From Podarcis cretensis (lineage: Eukaryota), in contig OX638152.1 in assembly GCA_951804945.1 (NCBI GenBank), forward strand, positions 48,794,001 to 48,858,000: a DNA stretch of 64,000 bases. The letters run 5' to 3'. The translations under genes were made by a program, and so were the position numbers. Positions 10,908-21,274 of this stretch are shown piece by piece; within the stretch, counting starts at the first letter, position 1; every line of letters starts with the position of its first letter. Under the pieces are notes generated by a model. That model ran no database searches. It saw only the letters and a program-made list of their open reading frames with translations, and was not told the DNA's origin.

Positions 10908-13096
10908 AAAGGGAAACTACATTTAGAATAGTTTGCCACAGAGTAGTTGTGGCAAAAACTGCCTACAGAGGAAGGGTTATAAACCACTCTGGTCAAATTT
11001 GTAGTCTACCCCACCCCATGGCTTAATTTCAGGGTTTTTTGTTTTTTAAAAGGTGAGTGTTAACATGTGTCTCCTGTGTCTCATCTTGTTTGACCATGAG
11101 ACATGTCCTAAAGGAAAGAGTTAAACGGCTTTCCAAGTCTCAACCCCTTTGAAATGTTTTCTCCTTTACCAACCTAGACAAGACTCCACAGTGCAATTAG
11201 AAACTATTGAAGGGAACATATGAGCTTTGTAAAAACAACATTGCATAATTTCTCATGATCATTCTAAGTCACCTCCATGCAACGGATAAAAGCCTTCTCA
11301 GCCCGGAATCCACGGCAACTCAAAAAGAATATTGATTTTCTCGTTACTGAGAAATGCACCTAACATATTAGGAGTGAAAGCTGCAGACACAATGTAATGA
11401 CCTCGCTTCTTTGGCTTCTCTCCTCTAACATAAACAGAGTCATTTTCATTGCTTGGTTGGATATTAAACAGTAAATCTTGTAACTGTGTTTGCAAGGGGC
11501 TCTGCTTGCTTTATCTAGTTAGCATATTGCAAGAGCAAAAATGAAAAGACATGGCTTTTAATTTATCAAAGTATCAAAGTATCAGCTCCATTTGCTCTGG
11601 TTTAGCAATGTCTATGGTGAACAAGTGGGTGCTCTAATTTGTTCTCATGCTGAGGGGAGCTGCATTCTCTTTGCATTTTAACACTGATGCATTAGTTCAG
11701 ATGCCACCATTAATTTCACTGAGGGCATAAGACCTTGGCTGCCCTTTGTTTTATATTTAGCTCTTTTAGGAGCAGAGTCCAGCATATCCATATCAATTAG
11801 ATGCTCTTTTCAGGTTACAGACACACCAGGATTATATTTATAGTGATATATAAAATTTGTGGCATATTACCTCAAGGGAGACATATCCTGATCATAAAGG
11901 TGGAATGGAAACTATGTTAAAACAAAAGCTTCGGTTTCCAGAAGAGTCATGAAGGTCGGTGTTTGTTTTTACACCTGTCTTGTGTCAGTCTAATCACCTT
12001 TCGAGATGCTTTTTCAGAACAATAGGCTGAGACTGGATATCTTTCCCATTGCAGGGTGTTCCTTTCCTCTGGATTTAAATAATAGTAGGAGGCTTTCCCT
12101 AGGGAGACCTGCTCCTGAACCATAGCTCTGTGTGTGAATGTTTGTGGTGTGTCTATCTTAGGCTGGTTCTTTTTGGGCAGGGGGGGTGGTGGTGGAGAAA
12201 AATGTATCTCACAGCAAATGATAGGGAAATGAACCTAGCAGACACAGTGCCATCTGGCAGACCTTTTCTGGGGCCTTTTACAGTCCAGAATGGAATGTGG
12301 GTCTTTGGCTGAAAGGGATCCTCATTCCCATGTTGTGTTTTTTCACAGGCTGTAGGCTTCAAAGGCTGTTGAGAAGGAAAATGATACCTCAGTTTAAAAA
12401 TTAAATAGTCAAAATGAAAGAATTTTATGGCTGGGATTACAACGCTGCAAGTCAGTGTGAATATGTGGCACCAGCAGACTTTGCTGCCTTCCTCTTCAAC
12501 TCCGGATTTGCAAATGTACACACAAATATGTACACTCACCTTTCTTGGCTCTGGCCTATCCCATGTAAAATAAAAATATAATTTCTTGGATCAGCATGCC
12601 GTGATCTGACATTTCTCTAACCAGACCACAACCTAGATTTCTAATGTGATAGACACAAGTCTTGCTCAGTAATATTCTGCTTCTGTAGCAATAGGTTATT
12701 TCTTTAACGGTCAGTGTCTGCGGTGGAGAGCTTTGAGAGAAATTGTATGTTAAAGACCAAAGAATTGTCTAAGTCATATTTTCTCTTCTGCTGTTTTCTT
12801 TTCTTTTTAAATCTTTCCTTTCATAATGCTGTAGTTAGCAGTTAATATCTTTGCAAGACCCTGTTGGAGCAGAACAAGCTTGTGGGATTTTATTTCCTTT
12901 TCTTTAAAAAAAAATGTAGTTCCGCAGAAAGATCCTGTGATTATGAAGAATTAAATCCAAGAACAAAGTGACCCAAGAGAAAGATCTGATACCTTGGAGC
13001 TTTTTCACTGTAGAAGCAAAATATGGCTCCAAAGGAGGAGGAGGAGGAGAAGGAGGAGGATGAAATAAATAGGTAGTGTGAGATACCAGGTTTTGG

Positions 13097-13161
13097 AAAT
13101 TTGCTGGACTTTTTGTTTTAAAGCTTACTTTAAATTTGCTGGACTTTTTGTTTTAAAGCTT
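13097..13161 (+). repeat. 30-bp direct duplication
   Basis: AAATTTGCTGGACTTTTTGTTTTAAAGCTT at 13097-13126 and 13132-13161. Confidence 0.9.
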
Positions 13162-13336
13162 TTAAAGTCTTATGAGCAATGAAGTATATTACCTGAGCCT
13201 TCTCTGCCTTTAGAACCAGAGTGGGAATTGTAGCTGTGTGAGCATAACAGGGCATCTCTTAATAACTATCAGCACCTTTAACAAACTACATGTGCCAAGA
13301 TTATTTGAGGGAAGCCCTGACTGTTTAAAGTGGTAA

Positions 13337-13690
13337 GGTAAAGGTAAAGGGAGCCCTGACCATTAGGTCTAGTCGTGGCCGACTCTGGTATTGCGGCGCT
13401 CATCTCGCTTTATTGGCTGAGGGAGGCAGCGTACAGCTTCCGGGTCATGTGGCCAGCATGACTAAGCAGCTTCTGGCGAACCAGAGCAGCGCACGGAAAT
13501 ACCATTTATCATCTCACCAGAGCGGTACCTATTTATCTACTTGCACTTTGACGTGCTTTCAAACTTCTAGGTTGGCAGGAGCAGGGACGGAGCAACGGGA
13601 GCTCACCCCGTCGCGGGGATTCGAACCGCCGACCTTCTGATCGGCAAGTCCTAGGCTCTGTGGTTTAACCCACAGTGCCATCCACATCCC
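13337..13690 (-). mobile_element. Sauria SINE (second subfamily)
   Basis: B-box GGTTCGAATCCC and (ACCTTT)n tail on the minus strand. 13-bp TSD TTTAAAGTGGTAA at 13324-13336 and 13691-13703. Confidence 0.95.
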
Positions 13691-13802
13691 TTTAAAGTGG
13701 TAAAGAGTGTTTTAAATGTATGGCATGGGCAGGACCTTTGACCACATCCACATCATTTAAAGCACACTTATAGTATCAACTCATAACTTTCTTTTCTTCC
13801 AG

Positions 13803-14388
13803 GGTGAATTTTATTTTGTGATAGTTTCAAAAGTGTTGGAGAGAGTGCTTCTGATTTATATGCGATAAGCCCGCCACCCCGTTATTGAGAACACAACAGT
13901 TGCAAGTCAACGTAAGAGAAACACATCTCAAAGTACCGTAGTCTGCATTTTCAAGCACTCTCAAGCACATGATTTCACTCTCCATCCTTTTTCCATTATC
14001 CTGGCTGTCATCACCATCTGTAAGTAAGAGACACACTGCCCCAATAGCATGATCTTTAATCGTGGGATCTACAATCCACCCCCAAAAATCCTGGCCAATT
14101 TTAGGTAACGAATCAGTACTGCCAGTTGCACTTTCCTTCTTTTTAATTGCCCTGACATGTTCAGAAACGTTGTTTGCCAAACATGTATTACATAAAAGAA
14201 ACTTTTCTAACTCCATCTGCCTTGGCGGATCTCCATCAAGAAATGAATACCACTTACAGTGCAGCTGGCAGGTTTGAATAGACAGGTTTGTACAGTGTTT
14301 GGACCTGGAAAGAGCTATGGAAAGTTCTGGGCTTCCCATGGAGGGAAAATCTTCTTCATCCTTTGCTTTTGCCTACTTCTTTTAGCAG
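13803..14388 (+). other. Candidate spliced exon of an unidentified host transcript (possibly 5' UTR)
   Basis: Acceptor ctttcttttcttccag|GGT and donor CAG|gtaagt bound 586 nt of non-repetitive sequence. No long plus-strand ORF. Confidence 0.35.
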
Positions 14389-15062
14389 GTAAGTAGCTGG
14401 TTTTGTGTTTCTGCATGGGCGGTACCAAATAATTCATCAAATGTTAGTGTTCTTTTGAATCCATGCCCTTTAAAAATCAAGTTTCTATTCTATAGATTTA
14501 AAGCATTTCTAAAATACCGGGTTACATCTTAACAGACGAAAGGGGAGATATTTAAGCAACTTGTCCATACTAGCATCTTCCCTCTGAACTGGTTGATGAA
14601 GACATCATGACTTTGAACCAAATGGGTTCTTTCTGAAGGGAAATGTTCCCTTGAGGGGAAAAAATAATGCTTATGAGCTTCTGTCTTATTCCTGCCATGA
14701 AAAACACAAATCATATGACTGAGAACCAAGTCTTGGTCTGAGCCTGAATGCGTGAAGGATAATGGCAGCTAGACACTGGAAGACGAGTATTATTCCTTGC
14801 TTGACTTACAGTTGAGAAGAAGGCACGCACACCCTTCCTGCTTCCAGCTGTTAGTGAAGAGATGCTGGGAAATAGGGCAATTGGCTGTCAATTGATATTA
14901 CTTAGTACTTGGAAAGGCCCTCTAAAGGAAATCCTTGATTTAGAGCTCCAAGTGATTTGTAACGAGCTTTCCCCCTGTGGGTCAGTTCATATGAGTGACA
15001 TGGTTGTGTGAAGCCACCTTGTGTTCTTATTTTTTGTTATATTTGATTTATAATTTGATTTG

Positions 15063-15066
<4 letters not shown>

Positions 15067-15102
<36 letters not shown>
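15067..15102 (+). repeat. (TA)n microsatellite
   Basis: About 18 TA units. Confidence 0.95.
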
Positions 15103-15105
<3 letters not shown>

Positions 15106-15340
15106 GACAGTGATAAGTCTAGTGTGATTGCTCCAACACTGCTAATGTTCTAATGTTGTCAGAAACAGGCATGATGTAAGATCACAAGCAAGAAAAGCAG
15201 GTTTAACTGATGCTTGATATATTTCAGAGATGACTCAGAGATGTCCCAAAGTTGTTACTGAGATCAGCCCTTGAAGAATGAAAGCATCAGGCACCAATAA
15301 ACTTTTAAACTTTTGTACTTTTGTACTTCTAGAGAAGCAT

Positions 15341-15708
15341 GGGACGCAGGTGGCGCTGTGGGTTAAAGCCTCAGCGCCTAGGACTTGCCGATCGAAAGGT
15401 CGGCGGTTCGAATCCCTGCGGCGGGGTGCGCTCCCGCTACTCGGTCCCAGCGCCTGCCAACCTAGCAGTTCGAAAGCACCTCCGGGTGCAAGTAGATAAA
15501 TAGGGACCGCTTACCAGCGGGAAGGTAAACGGCGTTTCCGTGTGCGGCTCTGGCTCGCCAGAGCAGCGATGTCACGCTGGCCACGTGACCCGGAAGTGTC
15601 TCCGGACAGCGCTGGCCCTTGGCCTCTTAAGTGAGATGGGCGCACAACCCCAGAGTCTGTCAAGACTGGCCCGTACGGGCAGGGGTACCTTTACCTTTAC
15701 CTTTACCT
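15341..15708 (+). mobile_element. Sauria SINE (young subfamily)
   Basis: GGGACGCAGGTGGCGCTGTGGG head, B-box and (ACCTTT)n tail. TSD TACTTCTAGAGAA at 15324-15336 and 15709-15721. Confidence 0.95.
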
Positions 15709-15742
15709 TACTTCTAGAGAAAAGCAGTCCTTTCCTGTTTCA

Positions 15743-16380
15743 CCGTGCGTTGGTGGGGAGGGCTCTTCCCCCTGCTAGCCCATTCTCCATCTTGGGCTTG
15801 GGGACGGGCCCATACTCCACCTCAGCGTGAAGGACTCCAAGGAGGCCCGGGACACTGCTGCTGCCGCGTTGCCGGTGAGTCTTGGGGAGGACCGCTCCCC
15901 CTGCAAGCCCATTCTCCACCTTGGGCCTGGGGGCGGGCCCCAGACTCCACCTCAGCATATCAGGCTCCACGGAGGCCTCGGAACATCGCTGCTGCCGCTT
16001 TGCCGTGCGTTGGTGGGGAGGGCTCTTCCCCCTGCTAGCCCATTCTCCATCTTGGGCTTGGGGACGGGCCCATACTCCACCTCAGCGTGAAGGACTCCAA
16101 GGAGGCCCGGGACACTGCTGCTGCCGCTTTGCCGGTGAGTCTTGGGGAGGACCGCTCCCCCTGCAAGCCCATTCTCCACCTTGGGCCTGGGGGCGGGCCC
16201 CAGACTCCACCTCAGCATATCAGGCTCCATGGAACGGAGGCCTCGAAACATCGCTGCTGCCACTCTGCCGTGTGTTTGTGGGGAGGGCTCTCCTCCCTGC
16301 AGGCCCACTCTCCACCAGGCCAGGGGGCGGGGCCCACGCTCACCACTGACGCAGCCTCGGGGACACTGGTGCTGCTGCAG
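15743..16380 (+). repeat. Higher-order tandem array of ~130-bp GC-rich monomers (A-B-A-B'-C) in the L2 5' region
   Basis: 260-bp period (CCGTGCGTTGGTGGGGAG at 15743 and 16003). Each period is a 129-bp A plus a 131-bp B monomer, both with GGGGAGG..CCCCCTGC.AGCCCATTCTCCA.CTTGGGC..ACTCCACCTCAGC..GCTGCTGCCGC. A degenerate fifth monomer starts at about 16268. Confidence 0.9.
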
Positions 16381-16585
16381 TGGTTGTTGGAAGTGTTTTT
16401 ATATGTTTTAAACTGTTTTTATTTTTTCTTGCTTTGTTGTACCACCATAAGCGGTGGTTTTTATCCATGTACTTTTATTTTGTTTTGATTTATTGTGGGT
16501 TGGGGTGGGGTGGTTGGGGAGTGGGGTGGGGATTGGTTTTGTTTTTATGTAATTGTTTTTCTTTGTTTGCTTTTATATTCTGTAA

Positions 16586-19552
16586 ATGGAGGCAAGTATG
16601 AGGCTTGGGATTCCTACTGTGGAGGGGCGAGGGAGGTATGGCGGTGGGGGCAGATGTCATAGGCGAAGGGGATCGAGATACGGATATGCTCGTACCCCTT
16701 CCAATCTGCGCCCCATCCCGAGAGACGAGGGTAGGGTGAGCAAGGATTACTCACCTCCGTCACTGGTGTTGTGCAATGCCAGGTCTATAGGCAACAAAAC
16801 CGCCACCCTGCGAGATTTCTTCACCTCGCAGGGGGTTGACCTGGCATGTGTGACTGAGACCTGGGTGCGCGAAGGGGATACTGTTACCCTACGAGAGATG
16901 GCGCCCCCGGGTTTCTCCGTCCTTCACCAGTCGCGGACTGTGGGCTGGGGGGGAGGGGTGGCGTTATTAATCCGGGAAGATTGTTCTTTCAGGGCTCTAC
17001 CATCGCCATCGATCCCCGGCATTGAATGTGTTGGCCTAGTGTGGGGCTCCGAGGTGAGCTTGGCTGTCTGGCTGGTGTACCGGCCACCTAGCGCACCAGC
17101 AGCCACCCTGTCAGGCCTGCTGGAGGCGGTGGCCGGCTGGGCCTTGGAGTTCCCTAACCTATTGGTATTGGGGGACTTCAACATCCATGCTGATGCCACT
17201 CCCTCCTCACAGGCTCTGGACCTGGTGTCTTCCATGGCGACACTAGGGCTCTCCCAGTTTGTTTCGGGCCCCACACATCAAGCAGGCCACACGCTGGATT
17301 TGATCTTTGGCGTCGGTATAGATGTGATCATGTTTCCTTCGATGAAGGTGCCATGGTCTGATCACTATGCTCTGAAAGCCAGGATTGACGTTCCACCCCC
17401 ACCCTGCTTGGGTGGCGAGCCAATTTGGGCTCGCCCGCAGAGGCTGATGGACCCTGATAGATTCCGTCAAGCCTTGCGGGACCTTTCTCCCCCTGGCGAC
17501 TCATTGACTGAGCTTGTTGAGGGCTGGAATACCCAGCTCCTGGCAGCCATCAATGAGATCGCACCTAAGCGCCCTCTGCGACCCCGCAGAAACCGGGCTC
17601 CCTGGTTTACCGAGGAGCTCCGGAAAATGAAGCGGGACCTCAGACGGCTAGAGCGAGTATGGCGGGGTGCCCGTGACGGAGCCTCAAGAACATCTTATAG
17701 GGTTTTTATGAAAACCTATGAGATGGCAGTGAAGGCCGCTAAAAAGTCCTACTTCTCGGCCTCCATTGCATCCGCTAGCTCTCGCCCGGCACAATTATTT
17801 AGTATAATTCGGTCTTTAACGTCCCTCGAAGGACAGCCAAATTTAAATAACAATTTGACACACAGCTGTGAGGCATTTGCGAGCTTTTTTGCGGAGAAGG
17901 TCTTGTTGCTCCGCCATGACCTCCCTGCCAATTTGGATACAATAAAGGAACTGGAGGCCCCTCGACTGTCCTCGGGTTCAGTATTGGACCACTTTGACTG
18001 GATATCCCCAGCTGATGTAGACAGATTCCTCCGAGCTGGAAAGCCCACCACCTGTCCTCTCGACCCGTGCCCGTCCTGGCTGATTAGAGCGTGTCCAGAA
18101 GAGGTGCGGGCCCTCCTGTCCCTTGGCACCGGGACATTCCCAGGGGAACTGAAGGAGGCAGTGGTGCGCCCGCTCTTAAAGAAAACATCATTAGATCCCT
18201 TAGATCTATCCAATTACCGCCCGGTTTCGAATCTTCCATTCCTGGGTAAGGTGATTGAGAGAGCGGTTGCTGAACAGCTTGGTAGGTTTCTGGATGAAAC
18301 ATCAGCTCTGGATCCATTCCAGTCCGGCTTCCGCGCTGGTCATGGGACCGAGACGGCTCTGGTCGCCCTAACAGATGATCTCCGCAGGCAGCTGGATCGA
18401 GGCGGGTCGGGGCTGCTGATTCTTCTAGACCTGTCAGCAGCCTTTGACATGGTCGATCACGAACTCCTGGACCACCGCCTTGCCGACGTGGGGATCCAGG
18501 GCACAGTCCTTCAATGGCTGCGCTCGTTTCTCTCTGGTCGGGGACAGAGGGTGGCGCTTGGGGGGGAATTGTCATCCCGCCACTCCTTGGTGTGTGGTGT
18601 GCCTCAGGGTGCAATACTCTCCCCGATGCTTTTTAACATCTTTATGCGCCCCCTCGCCCAGCTTGTCCGGAGTTTTGGGCTGGGCTGCCATCAGTATGCT
18701 GATGACACCCAACTCTATTTGTTGATGGACGGCCACCCGGACTCGGCCCCAGACACACTGATCAGATGCTTGGAGGCGGTGGCTGGATGGTTACGTGGGA
18801 GCCGGCTGAAGTTAAATCCTTCGAAGACAGAGGTCCTCTGGCTGGGACGGGACGACGTGGGACTGAGGGGGCAACTCCCATCTCTTGCGGGGGTGCAAGT
18901 AGTGCCAGCACCGTCCGTTAAGAGTTTGGGTGTAATCTTCGATACCTCCCTCTCCATGGAGGCGCAGATTGCAGCTACAACAAAGGCGGCATTTTTTCAT
19001 CTCCGCCAAGCTAAGCAGTTGGCTCCTTACCTCTCTCGCCCTGACCTAGCCACTGTGATCCACGCGACGGTCACCTCCAGACTGGATTATTGTAACTCGC
19101 TCTACGTGGGGCTGCCCTTGAGACTGACCCAGAAACTCCAGCGGGTGCAGAATGCCGCAGCGAGACTCCTTACGGGGTCCTCGCTTAGAGATCACATTCA
19201 TCCGGTGCTATACCAGCTGCACTGGCTCCCGGTGGAGTACAGGATCAGGTTTAAGGTGCTGGTTTTAACCTTCAAAGCCCTATACGGCCTAGGGCCCTCG
19301 TACCTACGGGACCGCCTCTCCTGGTATGCCCCACAGAGGAACTTACGATCTTCAAATAAAAACACCTTGAGGGTCCCAGGCCTCAGAGAGGTTAGGCTGG
19401 CCTCAACTAGAGCCAGGGCTTTTTCGGCTGCGGCTCCAACCTGGTGGAACGCTCTGTCACAAGAGACAAGGGCCCTGCAGGACTTGACATCTTTCCGCAG
19501 GGCCTGCAAGACAGAGCTGTTCCACCTGGCATTTGGTCAGGGCGCAGCCTGA
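16586..19552 (+). CDS. L2 ORF2: AP endonuclease + reverse transcriptase
   Basis: 988 aa, uninterrupted. APE motifs LCNARS, CVTETW, YRPP, GDFNIH, GHTLDL, SDH; RT motifs LDPCPSW, NYRPVSNL, QSGFR, DLSAAFD, GVPQGAILSP, YADD; L2-typical RLDYCNSL and LHWLP. Confidence 0.95.
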   Translation: MEASMRLGIPTVEGRGRYGGGGRCHRRRGSRYGYARTPSNLRPIPRDEGRVSKDYSPPSLVLCNARSIGNKTATLRDFFTSQGVDLACVTETWVREGDTVTLREMAPPGFSVLHQSRTVGWGGGVALLIREDCSFRALPSPSIPGIECVGLVWGSEVSLAVWLVYRPPSAPAATLSGLLEAVAGWALEFPNLLVLGDFNIHADATPSSQALDLVSSMATLGLSQFVSGPTHQAGHTLDLIFGVGIDVIMFPSMKVPWSDHYALKARIDVPPPPCLGGEPIWARPQRLMDPDRFRQALRDLSPPGDSLTELVEGWNTQLLAAINEIAPKRPLRPRRNRAPWFTEELRKMKRDLRRLERVWRGARDGASRTSYRVFMKTYEMAVKAAKKSYFSASIASASSRPAQLFSIIRSLTSLEGQPNLNNNLTHSCEAFASFFAEKVLLLRHDLPANLDTIKELEAPRLSSGSVLDHFDWISPADVDRFLRAGKPTTCPLDPCPSWLIRACPEEVRALLSLGTGTFPGELKEAVVRPLLKKTSLDPLDLSNYRPVSNLPFLGKVIERAVAEQLGRFLDETSALDPFQSGFRAGHGTETALVALTDDLRRQLDRGGSGLLILLDLSAAFDMVDHELLDHRLADVGIQGTVLQWLRSFLSGRGQRVALGGELSSRHSLVCGVPQGAILSPMLFNIFMRPLAQLVRSFGLGCHQYADDTQLYLLMDGHPDSAPDTLIRCLEAVAGWLRGSRLKLNPSKTEVLWLGRDDVGLRGQLPSLAGVQVVPAPSVKSLGVIFDTSLSMEAQIAATTKAAFFHLRQAKQLAPYLSRPDLATVIHATVTSRLDYCNSLYVGLPLRLTQKLQRVQNAAARLLTGSSLRDHIHPVLYQLHWLPVEYRIRFKVLVLTFKALYGLGPSYLRDRLSWYAPQRNLRSSNKNTLRVPGLREVRLASTRARAFSAAAPTWWNALSQETRALQDLTSFRRACKTELFHLAFGQGAA

Positions 19553-19708
19553 CCCCCTCCTCTGGCAATCTTTACAAAGCTTTAGTTTATGGTTGCCATC
19601 AATTTTGATTTTAATTCATTTTTATAATGTTTTATAATGTCACACTGTTTTAATGTTGTTAGCCGCCCTGAGCCCGGCTTCGGCTGGGGAGGGCGGGATA
19701 TAAATAAA

Positions 19709-19742
<34 letters not shown>

Positions 19743-20936
19743 GTAACATATTGTGGATTTCAACATAAGCTACAAGAACATTTCAGGACCACCCCTGAAG
19801 AAAGAAAAGGTGGTAGGCTCAACATAGGGAAGCTCCAGCTGTAATAAATACATTAGTGACATTGTTACCGCCACTGAAACAAGTCACAGTTGTTGGCACC
19901 ATTGCAATGGCGGTGGTGGTGTCTGCTATTCACCTGTTTCTGCTGGGGCTTTCTGCATCTCGGGCCTACCATCTGTTTCCTCCTTAGCTACAGCCATGGT
20001 AGCAACCACAGCTTCATCCCCATCCACAACTACAGCACCCATGGGAAAACTGGAATAAGAACAGGGTCTCCTCTCACCGCCTGACCACTTGTGTGATTGA
20101 GGATCCCTCTGAGAGGAGGCAGGGATAGTGACAGCAGTTCTTGGGCATCTCCTTGCTCTGCTTCTGGGCAGGAACTGATGAGAAAGTGCTTCTCCTCTAG
20201 TCTGCACCATTGTACTTTACAGGGAAGGATTCCTGGCAGGTTCCAACACACCAGTGTTGTCTACGCCATCTGAGATGTTTGAATTGGTCTTGTCTAAAGA
20301 GGCATCAATGCCTCTTCTCCCTACATTTAAATCCATTCTCTCTAAGCATGTGCACTGCAGTTCAAACATATTTTATTGGAAATAAGTCTTGCGAAAGTGA
20401 AAAGAGCATACTTTTAAGCAAGCATACTTAGGCTTGCAGCTTTTCTGCACTAAACTACTGAGATTTGGAGATAATAACCCTGGCATACTTGCCAAATCAA
20501 TAGTATGTATGCTATGAACCATTAAAATGCTTGGAGATGTTATCTGTATAACCATATGCTATTTATTTGATATTGCTACACTTATGTTTATAAATGGGGG
20601 CGGGGGGAGGTGCTCACCGTTTTAGCCTTGTCCTAGTTTGACAGCTTTCAAAAAAAATAAAAGGAGTTATTTTCCTCACAGGAAGAAGTGTAATTTGTTA
20701 TCTTGCCCGAGGGATATCTCTGAATTTGATTCTGATGCACAAAGAAATGTTTTCCCCTTTTCAGTGTGATACATAAGCTGAGGAATACAGATGCAACATA
20801 AGCGTAACTATTTTTAAAATATGGTCTTGTTTTATGAGTGACGCCACCTTATAGCAACATTTAGGCTGCAATACTAACATACTTCCAGGGGTGAAAGCCC
20901 CATTAAACACAGTGGAACTATCTTCCAAGGAAACAG

Positions 20937-21274
20937 TATACCTGAAGGAGCATCTCCACCTCCATCATTCAGCCCTGAGGTCCATTTCTGAGGGTTTTCT
21001 GGCGGTTCCCTCACTGAGAGAAGTAAAGTAACAGGAAACCATGCAGGGGGCCTTTTCGGCAGTAGCACCCTCCCTGTGGAACGCCCTTCCATCAGATGTC
21101 AGGGAGGTAAAGAATTACACAACTTTTAGAAAACATCTGAAAGCAGCCTGTTCAGGGAAGTTTTTAATGTTTGACATTTTATTATTTTTTATATTTTGCT
21201 GGAAGCAGCTCAGAGTGGCTGGGTAAACCCAGCCAGATGGGCAGGGTATAAACAATAAAATTGTTGTTGTTGTT
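20937..21274 (+). mobile_element. Old L2 3' fragment
   Basis: Encodes GAFSAVAPSLWNALP..FRKHLK, homologous to the C-terminus of the 16586 ORF. L2-type 3' end and (GTT)n tail. Confidence 0.8.

Larger units (their letters stand above)
15743..19742 (+). mobile_element. L2 (LINE-2) retrotransposon, near full length
   Basis: 5' tandem array, T/G-rich spacer, intact APE-RT ORF, 3' stem-loop CCGCCCT..CCCGGC-TTCG-GCTGGG..AGGGCGG, AATAAA and (ATT)n tail. No clear TSD. Confidence 0.93.

Noticed and set aside
15743-16380. CRISPR-like or coding repeat array (ORFs 15745-16038, 15827-16090, 15882-16349, 16087-16488)
   Set aside because: Head-to-tail tandem monomers with no unique spacers, in eukaryotic context. 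The 260-bp period shifts frame, so the ORFs are by-products of GC-rich repeats.
16924-19509. Several antisense and alternate-frame ORFs of 65-176 aa
   Set aside because: Shadows of the GC-rich L2 ORF. The same applies to ORFs inside 6944-9777, 28423-29022 and 36986-37451.
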